This document shows, piece by piece, positions 56,622-64,000 of a stretch of 64,000 bases of DNA. The notes under the pieces are model-generated. The model was not told where the DNA came from. It ran no database searches and was given only the letters and a program-made list of their open reading frames with translations. Each line of letters starts with the position of its first letter. Within the stretch, counting starts at the first letter, position 1. A program made the position numbers and the translations under genes. Origin of the DNA: a virus (taxonomy: Duplodnaviria > Caudoviricetes); IMG/VR virus record IMGVR_UViG_3300032233_002657, positions 96,001 to 160,000 of that record; one strand, written 5' to 3'.

Positions 56622-57146
56622 CTACTCCTCAGAGTAGGATAGTTCTGGATATTGATTGACCTTATTCTTTATCTTGCCCACGGCGTCCAGAATTCTCCTG
56701 CCCTGGTTGGGCACTTCCTTCTGCCAAACCGTCCAACGGGGGTCGTTGGGGTCATTTAAAAGCTTCTGTAGCTCCTTGTCCCCGAGACCGGGGAAGATCC
56801 CTTTGAGGGTGGTATCCCAAGTAACCGCAGCCGCTGCCGCAACCAAGCCCTTGGAGGGGGCTCTCCCCGAGGTCTTTTTGAACTCCGCCGCAAATGGGCC
56901 AGAGAACCCGGTGCACCAGCCCTCGTAGACGGGGCCGGTTAACACCTCCAGTCTAACCCCCGCGTAGAAAATACTATGGTCACCCATCCCGCCCCTCATG
57001 GGGGCGGCTATCACCGCCGCCGCGGCTTGGGACGCAGCGTCGATAGCCCCCGCCTTGGGGGCGGAGGTGGTGGCGGCAGTGCCCCCACAGGCGGTGCCGA
57101 AAACAACAATAGCAGCTGACAAAACCAAAGTTGTAATTTTTTGCAC
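56622..57146 (-). CDS. Putative lipoprotein (GC-rich gene)
   Basis: AAGGAG RBS; MQKITTLVLSAAIVVFGTA-C lipobox-like signal. Confidence 0.7.
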   Translation of the reverse strand: MQKITTLVLSAAIVVFGTACGGTAATTSAPKAGAIDAASQAAAAVIAAPMRGGMGDHSIFYAGVRLEVLTGPVYEGWCTGFSGPFAAEFKKTSGRAPSKGLVAAAAAVTWDTTLKGIFPGLGDKELQKLLNDPNDPRWTVWQKEVPNQGRRILDAVGKIKNKVNQYPELSYSEE

Positions 57147-57236
57147 GGTATTTCTCCTTATAAGAGAGGGCTACCAACCCATGATAACAATAGTGAAAAG
57201 ACCACATCAGTCTCTGAACACTATCGTATACATGTT

Positions 57237-57267
57237 ATTGTGACGCTATTTCGGGCTGGATTAAGCT
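57237..57267 (-). promoter_or_regulatory. Putative phage promoter, copy A
   Basis: 24/31 identical to 58337..58367; minus strand AGCTTAAT-N8-AAATAGcGTCAcAAT. Confidence 0.5.
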
Positions 57268-58044
57268 CTATTCGTCAAGGGGACGGTTTAAGTACATATC
57301 GCAAATAAAGCCTATAGATAGGCCTTTATTAAGTTTAGTCACGATAGTAGTTCGACTTACTTTAAGATACCTAGCCCAATCGCTAACCGTCATACTCTTA
57401 TCATTGTAAGAGTAAAGAACTGGGTTAGCTACCATGTAGGCTATGGGGTTAGCCGCTATCTCGTCTCCGGTATACCCCTGATTAAAAAGACGCATGGCTT
57501 TGTCGTAGTTAAGGTTGAGAAGAGTGACTAAGCCTCTAAGTCTCATCTTTTTAGAGTTGTACACTACGAACCTAGATTTACTTTTAAGCCGCCCTTGAGA
57601 TATAGCGTCTTCTAAACTGTAGCCCCTGCCAAGTCTGGTATTCACTGTCTCGTAGTTTAGATTAAGGTCTTTGCACAGCACCGACAGAGGAAGCTCCTTA
57701 CCTTCATACTTTACTATCTTATTATTAGTTTTATTTAAAGCTTGAAGAGGTATTTTAAGCCAAGCTACGTTACCCGCTAAATACCCTAAAGAATTGTCTA
57801 TGCGCTCTATGCTGTATTCAGGCTTTGGCTCTGGACACTCGCCTATTTCATTTAGGAAGTTTAAAAAGCTGTACCTAAACAGATCGTCTACGGCTAAGCC
57901 CTTAGCTCCGTAACTAGCATACCTATGGTGATTAGGGTTATAGCACTTAGATAGAATACGCTGCCATGTTTTGTACTCTTTCCAGAACCGACCCCCTTTA
58001 GTGCTTGATCCCCGTACGTCTTTAGCCGTGAATCTCACTGCCAT
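57268..58044 (-). CDS. Degenerate HNH-type homing endonuclease with repeated HTH-like domains
   Basis: YKTWQRILSKCYNP...YGAKG...SIERIDNSLGY..GNVAW, followed by three Y.(G/N)K...L repeats. Confidence 0.7.
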   Translation of the reverse strand: MAVRFTAKDVRGSSTKGGRFWKEYKTWQRILSKCYNPNHHRYASYGAKGLAVDDLFRYSFLNFLNEIGECPEPKPEYSIERIDNSLGYLAGNVAWLKIPLQALNKTNNKIVKYEGKELPLSVLCKDLNLNYETVNTRLGRGYSLEDAISQGRLKSKSRFVVYNSKKMRLRGLVTLLNLNYDKAMRLFNQGYTGDEIAANPIAYMVANPVLYSYNDKSMTVSDWARYLKVSRTTIVTKLNKGLSIGFICDMYLNRPLDE

Positions 58045-58055
58045 TAGGTATCCTC

Positions 58056-58094
58056 CTGATAGCTAAAAAAAAGCCAGGTCATTTCAACCTGGCT
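58056..58094 (-). terminator. Intrinsic terminator with tail CTGATAGCTAAAAAAAA
   Basis: AGCCAGGT...ACCTGGCT stem plus an 8-nt U-tract on the minus strand. Confidence 0.75.
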
Positions 58095-58108
58095 AGAGAC
58101 CATGGATT

Positions 58109-58288
58109 CTACCATGATCTCCGCACAGTGATAGACAAGTCTATCTTGTCTATCACTCGATCGTCCCACGGGCTAGCCGTGGTACGGTATGTGGTCTCTG
58201 CTGAATGAGAGACCTTATTACAACACCTGCACCCGGTGCAGAAATAGGCCAGGGCCAGTGCCCAGACCAATATAGCTACCCTCATCAT
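58109..58288 (-). CDS. Small putative lipoprotein
   Basis: AAGGAG RBS; MMRVAILVWALALAYFCTG-C lipobox-like signal. Confidence 0.55.
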   Translation of the reverse strand: MMRVAILVWALALAYFCTGCRCCNKVSHSAETTYRTTASPWDDRVIDKIDLSITVRRSW

Positions 58289-58336
58289 AAGCGCTCCTTC
58301 GCTAAGAGGTAAAAATGAACCATCGTGGTCCATCTA

Positions 58337-58367
58337 ATTATGACTCTATTTACGAATGAATTAAGCT
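58337..58367 (-). promoter_or_regulatory. Putative phage promoter, copy B
   Basis: Minus strand AGCTTAAT-N8-AAATAGAGTCATAAT, with a -10-like CATAAT. Confidence 0.5.
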
Positions 58368-58433
58368 AACCCTGCATATCTATATAAGTGATAAAATAGT
58401 ACATTATTACGAAACCTATATGGAGTCGAGAAT

Positions 58434-59090
58434 ATGCAAAGATTTGTAGATATTGTAACTTCCCTTCTGTGCCCACCTGTATTGAAGAGAAACCCAGCTT
58501 CATGGCTAAAGGACCCAGCCCTTATAGAAATGTATACTGGCACTGAAGGAGCTCATAATAGCCCAGACCCAGTAGAGTGCTGGATGCTGTATAACCTAGC
58601 CAAGCTAGCGCCAAATAATGTTTTAGAGATAGGGTCGTGGAGAGGGAGAAGCTCAGCTTTTCTAGCTAAGGGGATAAAAGACAGTAAAGACGCTCACACG
58701 AATAAAGAAAGAAGATTAGCCTGCCTTGACTGGTTCATCGGAGATAAGACCGGAGGGTCTTCTCCAGATAAGTTTATTATGCTCAAGTCTCTGATTAAAT
58801 TTGATGTCAACGCCTTAGTAGATATCTATGACCAGAACATGCTAGAGTTTGATTTCGCAGGTAAGGCACAGAACGTAGATCTAGTCTTCTACGACGCAGA
58901 TCACAATACAGAACCAACTAAGGCAGTTCTTAATGCTATACACCCAGTTCTTAATCCTGGGTGCATAGTCACGATGCACGACGCTAACTGGAATATGACT
59001 AGAAAAGCCATCTACGACCTAAGCGAAAAGTACAAGCACATAGGCACTCTCAACGTTTGGGAAGGGTTTGCAATACTTGCAAAGATATAA
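58434..59090 (+). CDS. Class I SAM-dependent methyltransferase (Methyltransf_24-like)
   Basis: VLEIGSWRGRS, DLVFYDADH, LNPGCIVTMHD. Confidence 0.8.
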   Translation: MQRFVDIVTSLLCPPVLKRNPASWLKDPALIEMYTGTEGAHNSPDPVECWMLYNLAKLAPNNVLEIGSWRGRSSAFLAKGIKDSKDAHTNKERRLACLDWFIGDKTGGSSPDKFIMLKSLIKFDVNALVDIYDQNMLEFDFAGKAQNVDLVFYDADHNTEPTKAVLNAIHPVLNPGCIVTMHDANWNMTRKAIYDLSEKYKHIGTLNVWEGFAILAKI

Positions 59091-59092
59091 AC

Positions 59093-59527
59093 CTACCCGT
59101 CCCAGCCTACCCACTGCTCAGTAACACCTTGAAAATCTGTAGACAGCCTGTAGGAATCACTGTCGAAGTGCTCCGTGGATGTTTCAAATATAACAGAGTC
59201 CTCTACCCCGTAGAACTGGTGCACACTTCCCGGCTTAATGTGCCAAGCCTGCCCTGGGTGAAGAGTTTCCTGCAACTTAGGAACGTCAAAGGCTACACTA
59301 CCTACTGCGATAGTAGTAGCCTCGCTCTGCTCAGCGTAAACTATTATCACCTTACCAGAGAGGACTACGAAAGTTTCCTCTTTAAGCTTGTGATAGTGAA
59401 AGCTGCAGAACATGCCTTTGTTTATGTGCAAAAACTTACCGCAGTACTTATTCGTATTTACTACCCATATCTCCCTGCCCCATGACTTAGGGACATAGGT
59501 CATAGAGGTCACTAGTCCACTGTCCAT
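59093..59527 (-). CDS. Cupin (sugar isomerase-like)
   Basis: VPKSWGREIW...CSFHYHKLKEETF...IKPGSVHQF; start uncertain (59527 or 59551). Confidence 0.75.
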   Translation of the reverse strand: MDSGLVTSMTYVPKSWGREIWVVNTNKYCGKFLHINKGMFCSFHYHKLKEETFVVLSGKVIIVYAEQSEATTIAVGSVAFDVPKLQETLHPGQAWHIKPGSVHQFYGVEDSVIFETSTEHFDSDSYRLSTDFQGVTEQWVGWDG

Positions 59528-59531
59528 TTGA

Positions 59532-60182
59532 TTACCTTTTCCTTTCTTCATCCTTGATCGCTGTAATAATAGACAGCAGTGAAGGATGCCGTACAATCAT
59601 ACTTTCATCAAACCTTACATACCCTACGCAGTCTAGATTTTCAAGGCAATTAGTAAAACTCTGCAGAGAGTTTTTAAACTTAAGATCACTCTGGTCAGGG
59701 TCCCCACATATGATGAGCTTACCCCCTTTACCTAACCTAGTGATAAATAGCTTAAGCTGTTCCCATGTGCAGTTCTGAGCTTCATCGAGAATGGCGACAC
59801 AATCATCAAAGGTTCTACCCCGCATAACTGCCAAAGGAATAATCTCCATAGATTTCATTACTTCCTGAGGGTTAGTGGTGGTTATTCTTCTAAGTACGTC
59901 CTCAATAGGAGCTACCCAAGGGGCTAGCTTCTGATTGATGTCGCCAGGAAGAAAGCCTAGCTTTTCTCCGCACTCAACCATAGGTCTTGATAGAATCATC
60001 CTACGGCATTTTCCGTTTAGATATGATGTTAGAGCTAACTTTACTGCTTGATGCGTTTTGCCTGTTCCTGCAGGCCCTAAAAGAAATATTACGTCCTTCT
60101 TATTAAATATCTTCTCTGACTCTCGCTGTGCCTCATTTATGGGTAAAAGTACGGGGTTAAGGTCCTTAGGCAATTTAGCCAT
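59532..60182 (-). CDS. phoH: PhoH-family ATPase
   Basis: GPAGTGKT, LGFLPGD, MRGRTF, DEAQN, GDPDQSD. Confidence 0.92.
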   Translation of the reverse strand: MAKLPKDLNPVLLPINEAQRESEKIFNKKDVIFLLGPAGTGKTHQAVKLALTSYLNGKCRRMILSRPMVECGEKLGFLPGDINQKLAPWVAPIEDVLRRITTTNPQEVMKSMEIIPLAVMRGRTFDDCVAILDEAQNCTWEQLKLFITRLGKGGKLIICGDPDQSDLKFKNSLQSFTNCLENLDCVGYVRFDESMIVRHPSLLSIITAIKDEERKR

Positions 60183-60235
60183 TTTTACTCCGACCGGGTA
60201 TTAACCCGGCTATGGGTTACACCGAACTACCAACA

Positions 60236-60251
60236 TTGGAGACGTCTCCAC
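60236..60251. repeat. Dispersed palindrome, copy 9 (TTGGAGACGTCTCCAC, 15/16), intergenic
   Basis: Read directly; upstream of phoH. Confidence 0.85.
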
Positions 60252-60252
60252 T

Positions 60253-60966
60253 TTACTTCTTTCCCTTTAATTTAGTTAGAGGCCTTTTATTTGTATTTTT
60301 TTTGCCTAGAGGCTTGGCCACAGGATTCTTAGGTGTAGACACTTTTTTGATAGTGCCCCCAGACCCTGGAAAAATAGGTGCAAGAAACGCTGGGTCTTTT
60401 AGTTTCTCTCTAAAAGCCGCTGGGTCTATGTATTTAACCCCAGCGCCACTACCGGTTTTAAGCTTGTGGAACATGTACTGATGAGTAGCTTCTTCGCAAT
60501 TTCCTAAAGGGCACGTGTACACTTTATTTGCTGACGGTCCGCCTGAGTCACTGTTAATGGTGTCAACATACAGGAACCAATTCATCATAGCTCTGTATGC
60601 AAGAAAGCCCTTAATCTGTTCTTTATTAGGCATAGGTTGCGGCGCGCATGGTATGCCCATAACGCATGGCGTGCCCTTACCGCTTAGCGACCAAGGGTTC
60701 TCTTTGCGATTAAGCCCACCTTGAGTAAGATAGTTATTTGCTTTAGTCTGGGTTAAAGGCTCATAAGGTCTTAGCTGTAGGGCCATTTCTCGAGCCACCT
60801 CGGCCTCGTTATTTGTCCAAGAGTAAATTTGTATCGAATCTTTGTATAAGTCTGGAAGCTTTATTGTATTTAGTCTTCCTGGGCCTGAGCCAGGCATAGG
60901 TACTGTAGTTCCAATAAACTGGTACATTCCACGATATGCCCAATAACCGTTTGTATATATAGACAT
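60253..60966 (-). CDS. Hypothetical protein with a basic C-terminal tail
   Basis: AAGGAGG RBS; Lys-rich C-terminus. Confidence 0.6.
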   Translation of the reverse strand: MSIYTNGYWAYRGMYQFIGTTVPMPGSGPGRLNTIKLPDLYKDSIQIYSWTNNEAEVAREMALQLRPYEPLTQTKANNYLTQGGLNRKENPWSLSGKGTPCVMGIPCAPQPMPNKEQIKGFLAYRAMMNWFLYVDTINSDSGGPSANKVYTCPLGNCEEATHQYMFHKLKTGSGAGVKYIDPAAFREKLKDPAFLAPIFPGSGGTIKKVSTPKNPVAKPLGKKNTNKRPLTKLKGKK

Positions 60967-60990
60967 AGCTGCTTATCCTCCTTTGGGTTA

Positions 60991-61845
60991 TTACCTTTTC
61001 TTTAATGGTGTTATCTTTCTTCTTTTAAGATCAGCATCTTTTATGGCTTTAACCACGTCAGCCATTAGCTGGTCTGATTGAGCTTTATTAAGATTAGAAG
61101 CCTTAGATGCTGCCTGTACTGCTTTTATAAAAGCTGCTTTGCCTCTCTCGTTAGCTCGGGCGTTAGTACCAGGCTTGAAAGAAGCACTAGTTAAAAAAGG
61201 GATAGTTACTGTAGTTTTTGTTGTTTTGACTGCTGGGATAGCAGGAGCAACAGGTTTAGTAGGAGTAACGGGTATAGAGGGAACTAACACAGTGTCGCCC
61301 GGGTAGCCTACTGGGTCGTCTATTTTTATAATTCCGTTATTGGCTGGGCTACTTTTAGTTCCTGTAGTGCTTGAAAACCCTCCTGTAAATGTAGGGGTTG
61401 TGTATAAGTGCGCCCAAAAATCTACGTTGAGCCCGTCCTCTTTTAACTTAGCTTCTATGCGAGCACCTCTGCTAGATGTGACTAGAGTGGGTTGCCCAGG
61501 AACGCTAGGGTTAGATTTTATAGCCGGGGTAAAGGGAATGTTAATACTACTACCGGTATCTCTGGAGGGTGGGCTATTGTCCCATTTACTAGTCGATGGC
61601 CCAGATACTGATATAAGTATGCTAGGGCTGAACATGGTTTCTTGTTGATTAATGCCGATGTCCAGAATACGGTAGGTCCCATCTACGGCCCTCCATAGTC
61701 CCATAGGCTGGCTCATTTCCTCAGAGAATAAATACTGCAAAGTAATGCTATCGCCTACTCTAAAGTCTATTCCGTTAGTGCCTCTGCCGTTCCAGTTTGG
61801 GTTGCGCTCTGTGGCTCTGTAACTAAAAGTTAATATGTGAAACAT
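60991..61845 (-). CDS. Hypothetical protein, paralogue of 61857..63101
   Basis: Shares TIPFLTSASFKPG...GKAAFI and G..F..GD.ITL with the neighbour. Confidence 0.65.
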   Translation of the reverse strand: MFHILTFSYRATERNPNWNGRGTNGIDFRVGDSITLQYLFSEEMSQPMGLWRAVDGTYRILDIGINQQETMFSPSILISVSGPSTSKWDNSPPSRDTGSSINIPFTPAIKSNPSVPGQPTLVTSSRGARIEAKLKEDGLNVDFWAHLYTTPTFTGGFSSTTGTKSSPANNGIIKIDDPVGYPGDTVLVPSIPVTPTKPVAPAIPAVKTTKTTVTIPFLTSASFKPGTNARANERGKAAFIKAVQAASKASNLNKAQSDQLMADVVKAIKDADLKRRKITPLKKR

Positions 61846-61856
61846 TATTGCCTCCT

Positions 61857-63101
61857 TTAGACTTTTTTAATTGGCTTTTTAACTACTATAGTGGGTGCTT
61901 TAAGTGCAGTTAAGCTACTCTTCTTCACAAGCATGGCCTTGTCTATAGCTTCATAGACTGTAGCGAGTAGTTGAGCATCCTGCTCTTTAGTAAGCTTAGA
62001 AGCAACCGAAGCTTTTTTTACTAAAGTTATGAAAGCGGCTTTACCCTTTGCGTTAGCCGCTGCACTAATTCCTGGCTTGAACGAAGCACTAGTTAAAAAG
62101 GGTATGGATACCGTGGTGCCGGATACTTTAACGGTTGGTGTGGGCTTAGTAGGAGTAGTAGCGGCAGGAGGAGCAACAGCTACAGGCTTAGTTGGAGTAG
62201 TTTGCACTGGTTCGATGTATGGGTCTGTAATTGGAAATATGCCTACGATTGGGTTTAGATCTACAGTTGGGTTGTCTGGAGGGGTAGGAACTACAACCAG
62301 GTCAGGAATACTAGCCTCTGGAGGAAGCAAAGTTACAGAGTAATCAAGACGTGCAACTCCAGTCCATGTGCCATATGGAAGACCTGATTGCACTATTTGT
62401 ACGCCATTTTTTGAACTAAGTGATTGCCCTGCTGAAAAAGGTAAGTTTAGTGAGCGCGTAGAAGTAGTGCCCCCTGTGCTCCACTGAATAGACCCATAAA
62501 AAACTTCTACATAAAGTCCAAGCTCTGTAGTAATTCCTCTTATTATGTAACTCCCATTAATTTGTCTCCAGTCTCTAATTGTCGGGCTGATTGTAAAATT
62601 GTTGAGCGTAATTACATCCCCCGTTTTAAATTTTAATCCGTTAGACCCGGTGATAGTTGGGGTGGTGTATTGTACATTAACCGATGGTCGGTTATACAGG
62701 AGTATGACTTTTTTAGTGTTGCTTGAGTATGGTGGAGGCGGAGCCGGAATAGCCGGGTCGTCCCCATAAGACTGTAAAGATTTAATTACGTCTTCTAAAA
62801 TACCAGCCCTCACAAGAGAACCGTTCATCATTTCATTAGGCAGGGTAAAAACTGGAAGGGTGTTAAAGGTAGTTATGGTTCCCACGGTTGTGCAGCCGTC
62901 AAAAGTACAATTGTATATTTGACTTAAAATACTGGCTAAAACTCCTGCCTGCTCTACTCTGCTTTTGTATTCCCATTTTTTAATAGAGTAGAGTAATGAG
63001 CTTTTTTGAATTGTGATGAAGTCTTTATACTGAGCTGAAAGGCTAGCTTTTTCGGCGCTAGTAAAATCTGTTATAAACCCAGGCGGTATAGCATATGCCA
63101 T
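61857..63101 (-). CDS. Hypothetical Pro/Thr-rich protein
   Basis: AGGAGG RBS before the ATG at 63101; paralogous domains shared with the downstream ORF. Confidence 0.65.
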   Translation of the reverse strand: MAYAIPPGFITDFTSAEKASLSAQYKDFITIQKSSLLYSIKKWEYKSRVEQAGVLASILSQIYNCTFDGCTTVGTITTFNTLPVFTLPNEMMNGSLVRAGILEDVIKSLQSYGDDPAIPAPPPPYSSNTKKVILLYNRPSVNVQYTTPTITGSNGLKFKTGDVITLNNFTISPTIRDWRQINGSYIIRGITTELGLYVEVFYGSIQWSTGGTTSTRSLNLPFSAGQSLSSKNGVQIVQSGLPYGTWTGVARLDYSVTLLPPEASIPDLVVVPTPPDNPTVDLNPIVGIFPITDPYIEPVQTTPTKPVAVAPPAATTPTKPTPTVKVSGTTVSIPFLTSASFKPGISAAANAKGKAAFITLVKKASVASKLTKEQDAQLLATVYEAIDKAMLVKKSSLTALKAPTIVVKKPIKKV

Positions 63102-63123
63102 TTGAATCACCTCCTATTAATTA

Positions 63124-64000
63124 TTACGATCTTATAATACAGCCATAACCGCAATAAACTTGCCTAGTTACAGGTTTTGGAGCAGCCGGCGCCCCTTTCA
63201 CAGGAGCAACAGGTGTTCTAGCTGCGGCCGCAGCTGCATTACTGGCAGCAACAGCGTTAGCTATAGCAATTCCGGCGTCCTCAGGTTCAGGACCAGAAGA
63301 CGCGGATGAAACTCTTGTTGGTCTTCTAGTAGCCTTAGAAGAAGGCCTAGCTGCAGGCGGCTTAGGAGCAGTTGGTGTAACCTTTTCTTTGACTGGCGTA
63401 TTGGGCTTAGGGGCAGGGGGAGGAGGCGGATAAACAGCAGCGGCTCCAGCCTGGCGTGCCGCCTCAATACCTTTGGCTGACCGGTCTTTAAGATACACTG
63501 GAACAAAAGCACGCCTGTAGGCAACGCACAAAGCAGATCTAGAAAACTCTGGCTGATTGCTGTTTCCTTCGCAAGCGATTAAATCTGGGGAGCCACCAGC
63601 GCTTGAACCAGCGTCTTGAACTATCGATGTTACGTTATTCTTAGCCGCCTGTGCTGCTGCGATACTATTTCTTTTAGCCTGCTCAGCTATACTTCTAGCG
63701 GTGTTGGCTTCTCTATTTAATTTGTTCTGCCAAGCAGTTGCGTTAGCTCTTACTCCCTCCTGTATTTGATTTTGAATAGCTTGGTATTGCTGAAGGCATT
63801 GTTGATTAGCTGGAGAATTAAACCCTGGAGGCAGCATGGTGCCGTAGCCATTACCGTAGTTTTTACCTGCAGTGTAATTTGATGGGGCTTGCCCAGCGCC
63901 TAGTGGTGTATATAGCTCTTGAATGCACTTAGGCGCTTGAGCTTGAAGATGCGTGGGCCCGCTATAGTGAAAAGGATCACTCGGTGTACAAGTTCGAATA
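63124..64000 (-). CDS. Hypothetical Ala/Pro-rich protein, 5' partial
   Basis: The frame of ORF 63124..63837 stays open to the right edge of the window. Confidence 0.6.
   Translation of the reverse strand, partial: IRTCTPSDPFHYSGPTHLQAQAPKCIQELYTPLGAGQAPSNYTAGKNYGNGYGTMLPPGFNSPANQQCLQQYQAIQNQIQEGVRANATAWQNKLNREANTARSIAEQAKRNSIAAAQAAKNNVTSIVQDAGSSAGGSPDLIACEGNSNQPEFSRSALCVAYRRAFVPVYLKDRSAKGIEAARQAGAAAVYPPPPPAPKPNTPVKEKVTPTAPKPPAARPSSKATRRPTRVSSASSGPEPEDAGIAIANAVAASNAAAAAARTPVAPVKGAPAAPKPVTRQVYCGYGCIIRS

Noticed and set aside
60194-60209. Small hairpin CCGGGT-ATTA-ACCCGG upstream of phoH
   Set aside because: 6-bp stem with no adjacent U-tract; too weak to call
460-60251. Palindrome as a CRISPR repeat, REP/MITE, or cloning scar (it contains BsmBI and AatII sites)
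   Set aside because: Copies are kilobases apart, in frame within intact genes, degenerate, and have no shared flanks, spacers or target duplications
126-63524. Numerous short ORFs antisense to, or nested in, the long genes
   Set aside because: They are shadows of long coding ORFs and have no RBS or recognisable motifs
1-64000. Stop-codon reassignment, tRNA/rRNA genes, CRISPR arrays
   Set aside because: Long ORFs tile the window in the standard code with all three stop codons used; no cloverleaf, rRNA or repeat-spacer pattern was seen by eye

Overview
The window is part of a large (jumbo-type) contractile-tailed phage genome, almost entirely on the minus strand and in the standard genetic code. 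In transcription order (right to left) it contains: Pro/Thr-rich paralogues, PhoH, a cupin and a methyltransferase; two small lipoprotein cassettes flanking a degenerate HNH gene; a class II ribonucleotide reductase on the + strand; a ~27 kb block of mostly unknown proteins rich in K-x-A motifs and glycine-zipper hydrophobic helices, within which lie a SNF2 helicase fusion and a phage multisubunit RNA polymerase (beta fused to the N-terminal half of beta', plus a separate beta' C-terminal half); the head module (prohead protease, scaffold, decoration, HK97-type capsid, glycosyltransferase, neck); and the tail module (sheath, two tubes, spike, frameshifting chaperone, tape measure, baseplate) with a sigma-70 factor embedded in it. 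A papain-like protease follows the baseplate genes. The main unexplained signals are: (i) a 16-bp palindrome GTGGAGACGTCTCCAC present 9 times, mostly inside unrelated genes; (ii) a probable K-x-A-processed internal/ejection proteome with membrane-active segments surrounding the RNAP genes; (iii) a Zn-free RNAP with a rearranged subunit boundary. All functional calls come from motif recognition by eye; no database searches were run.
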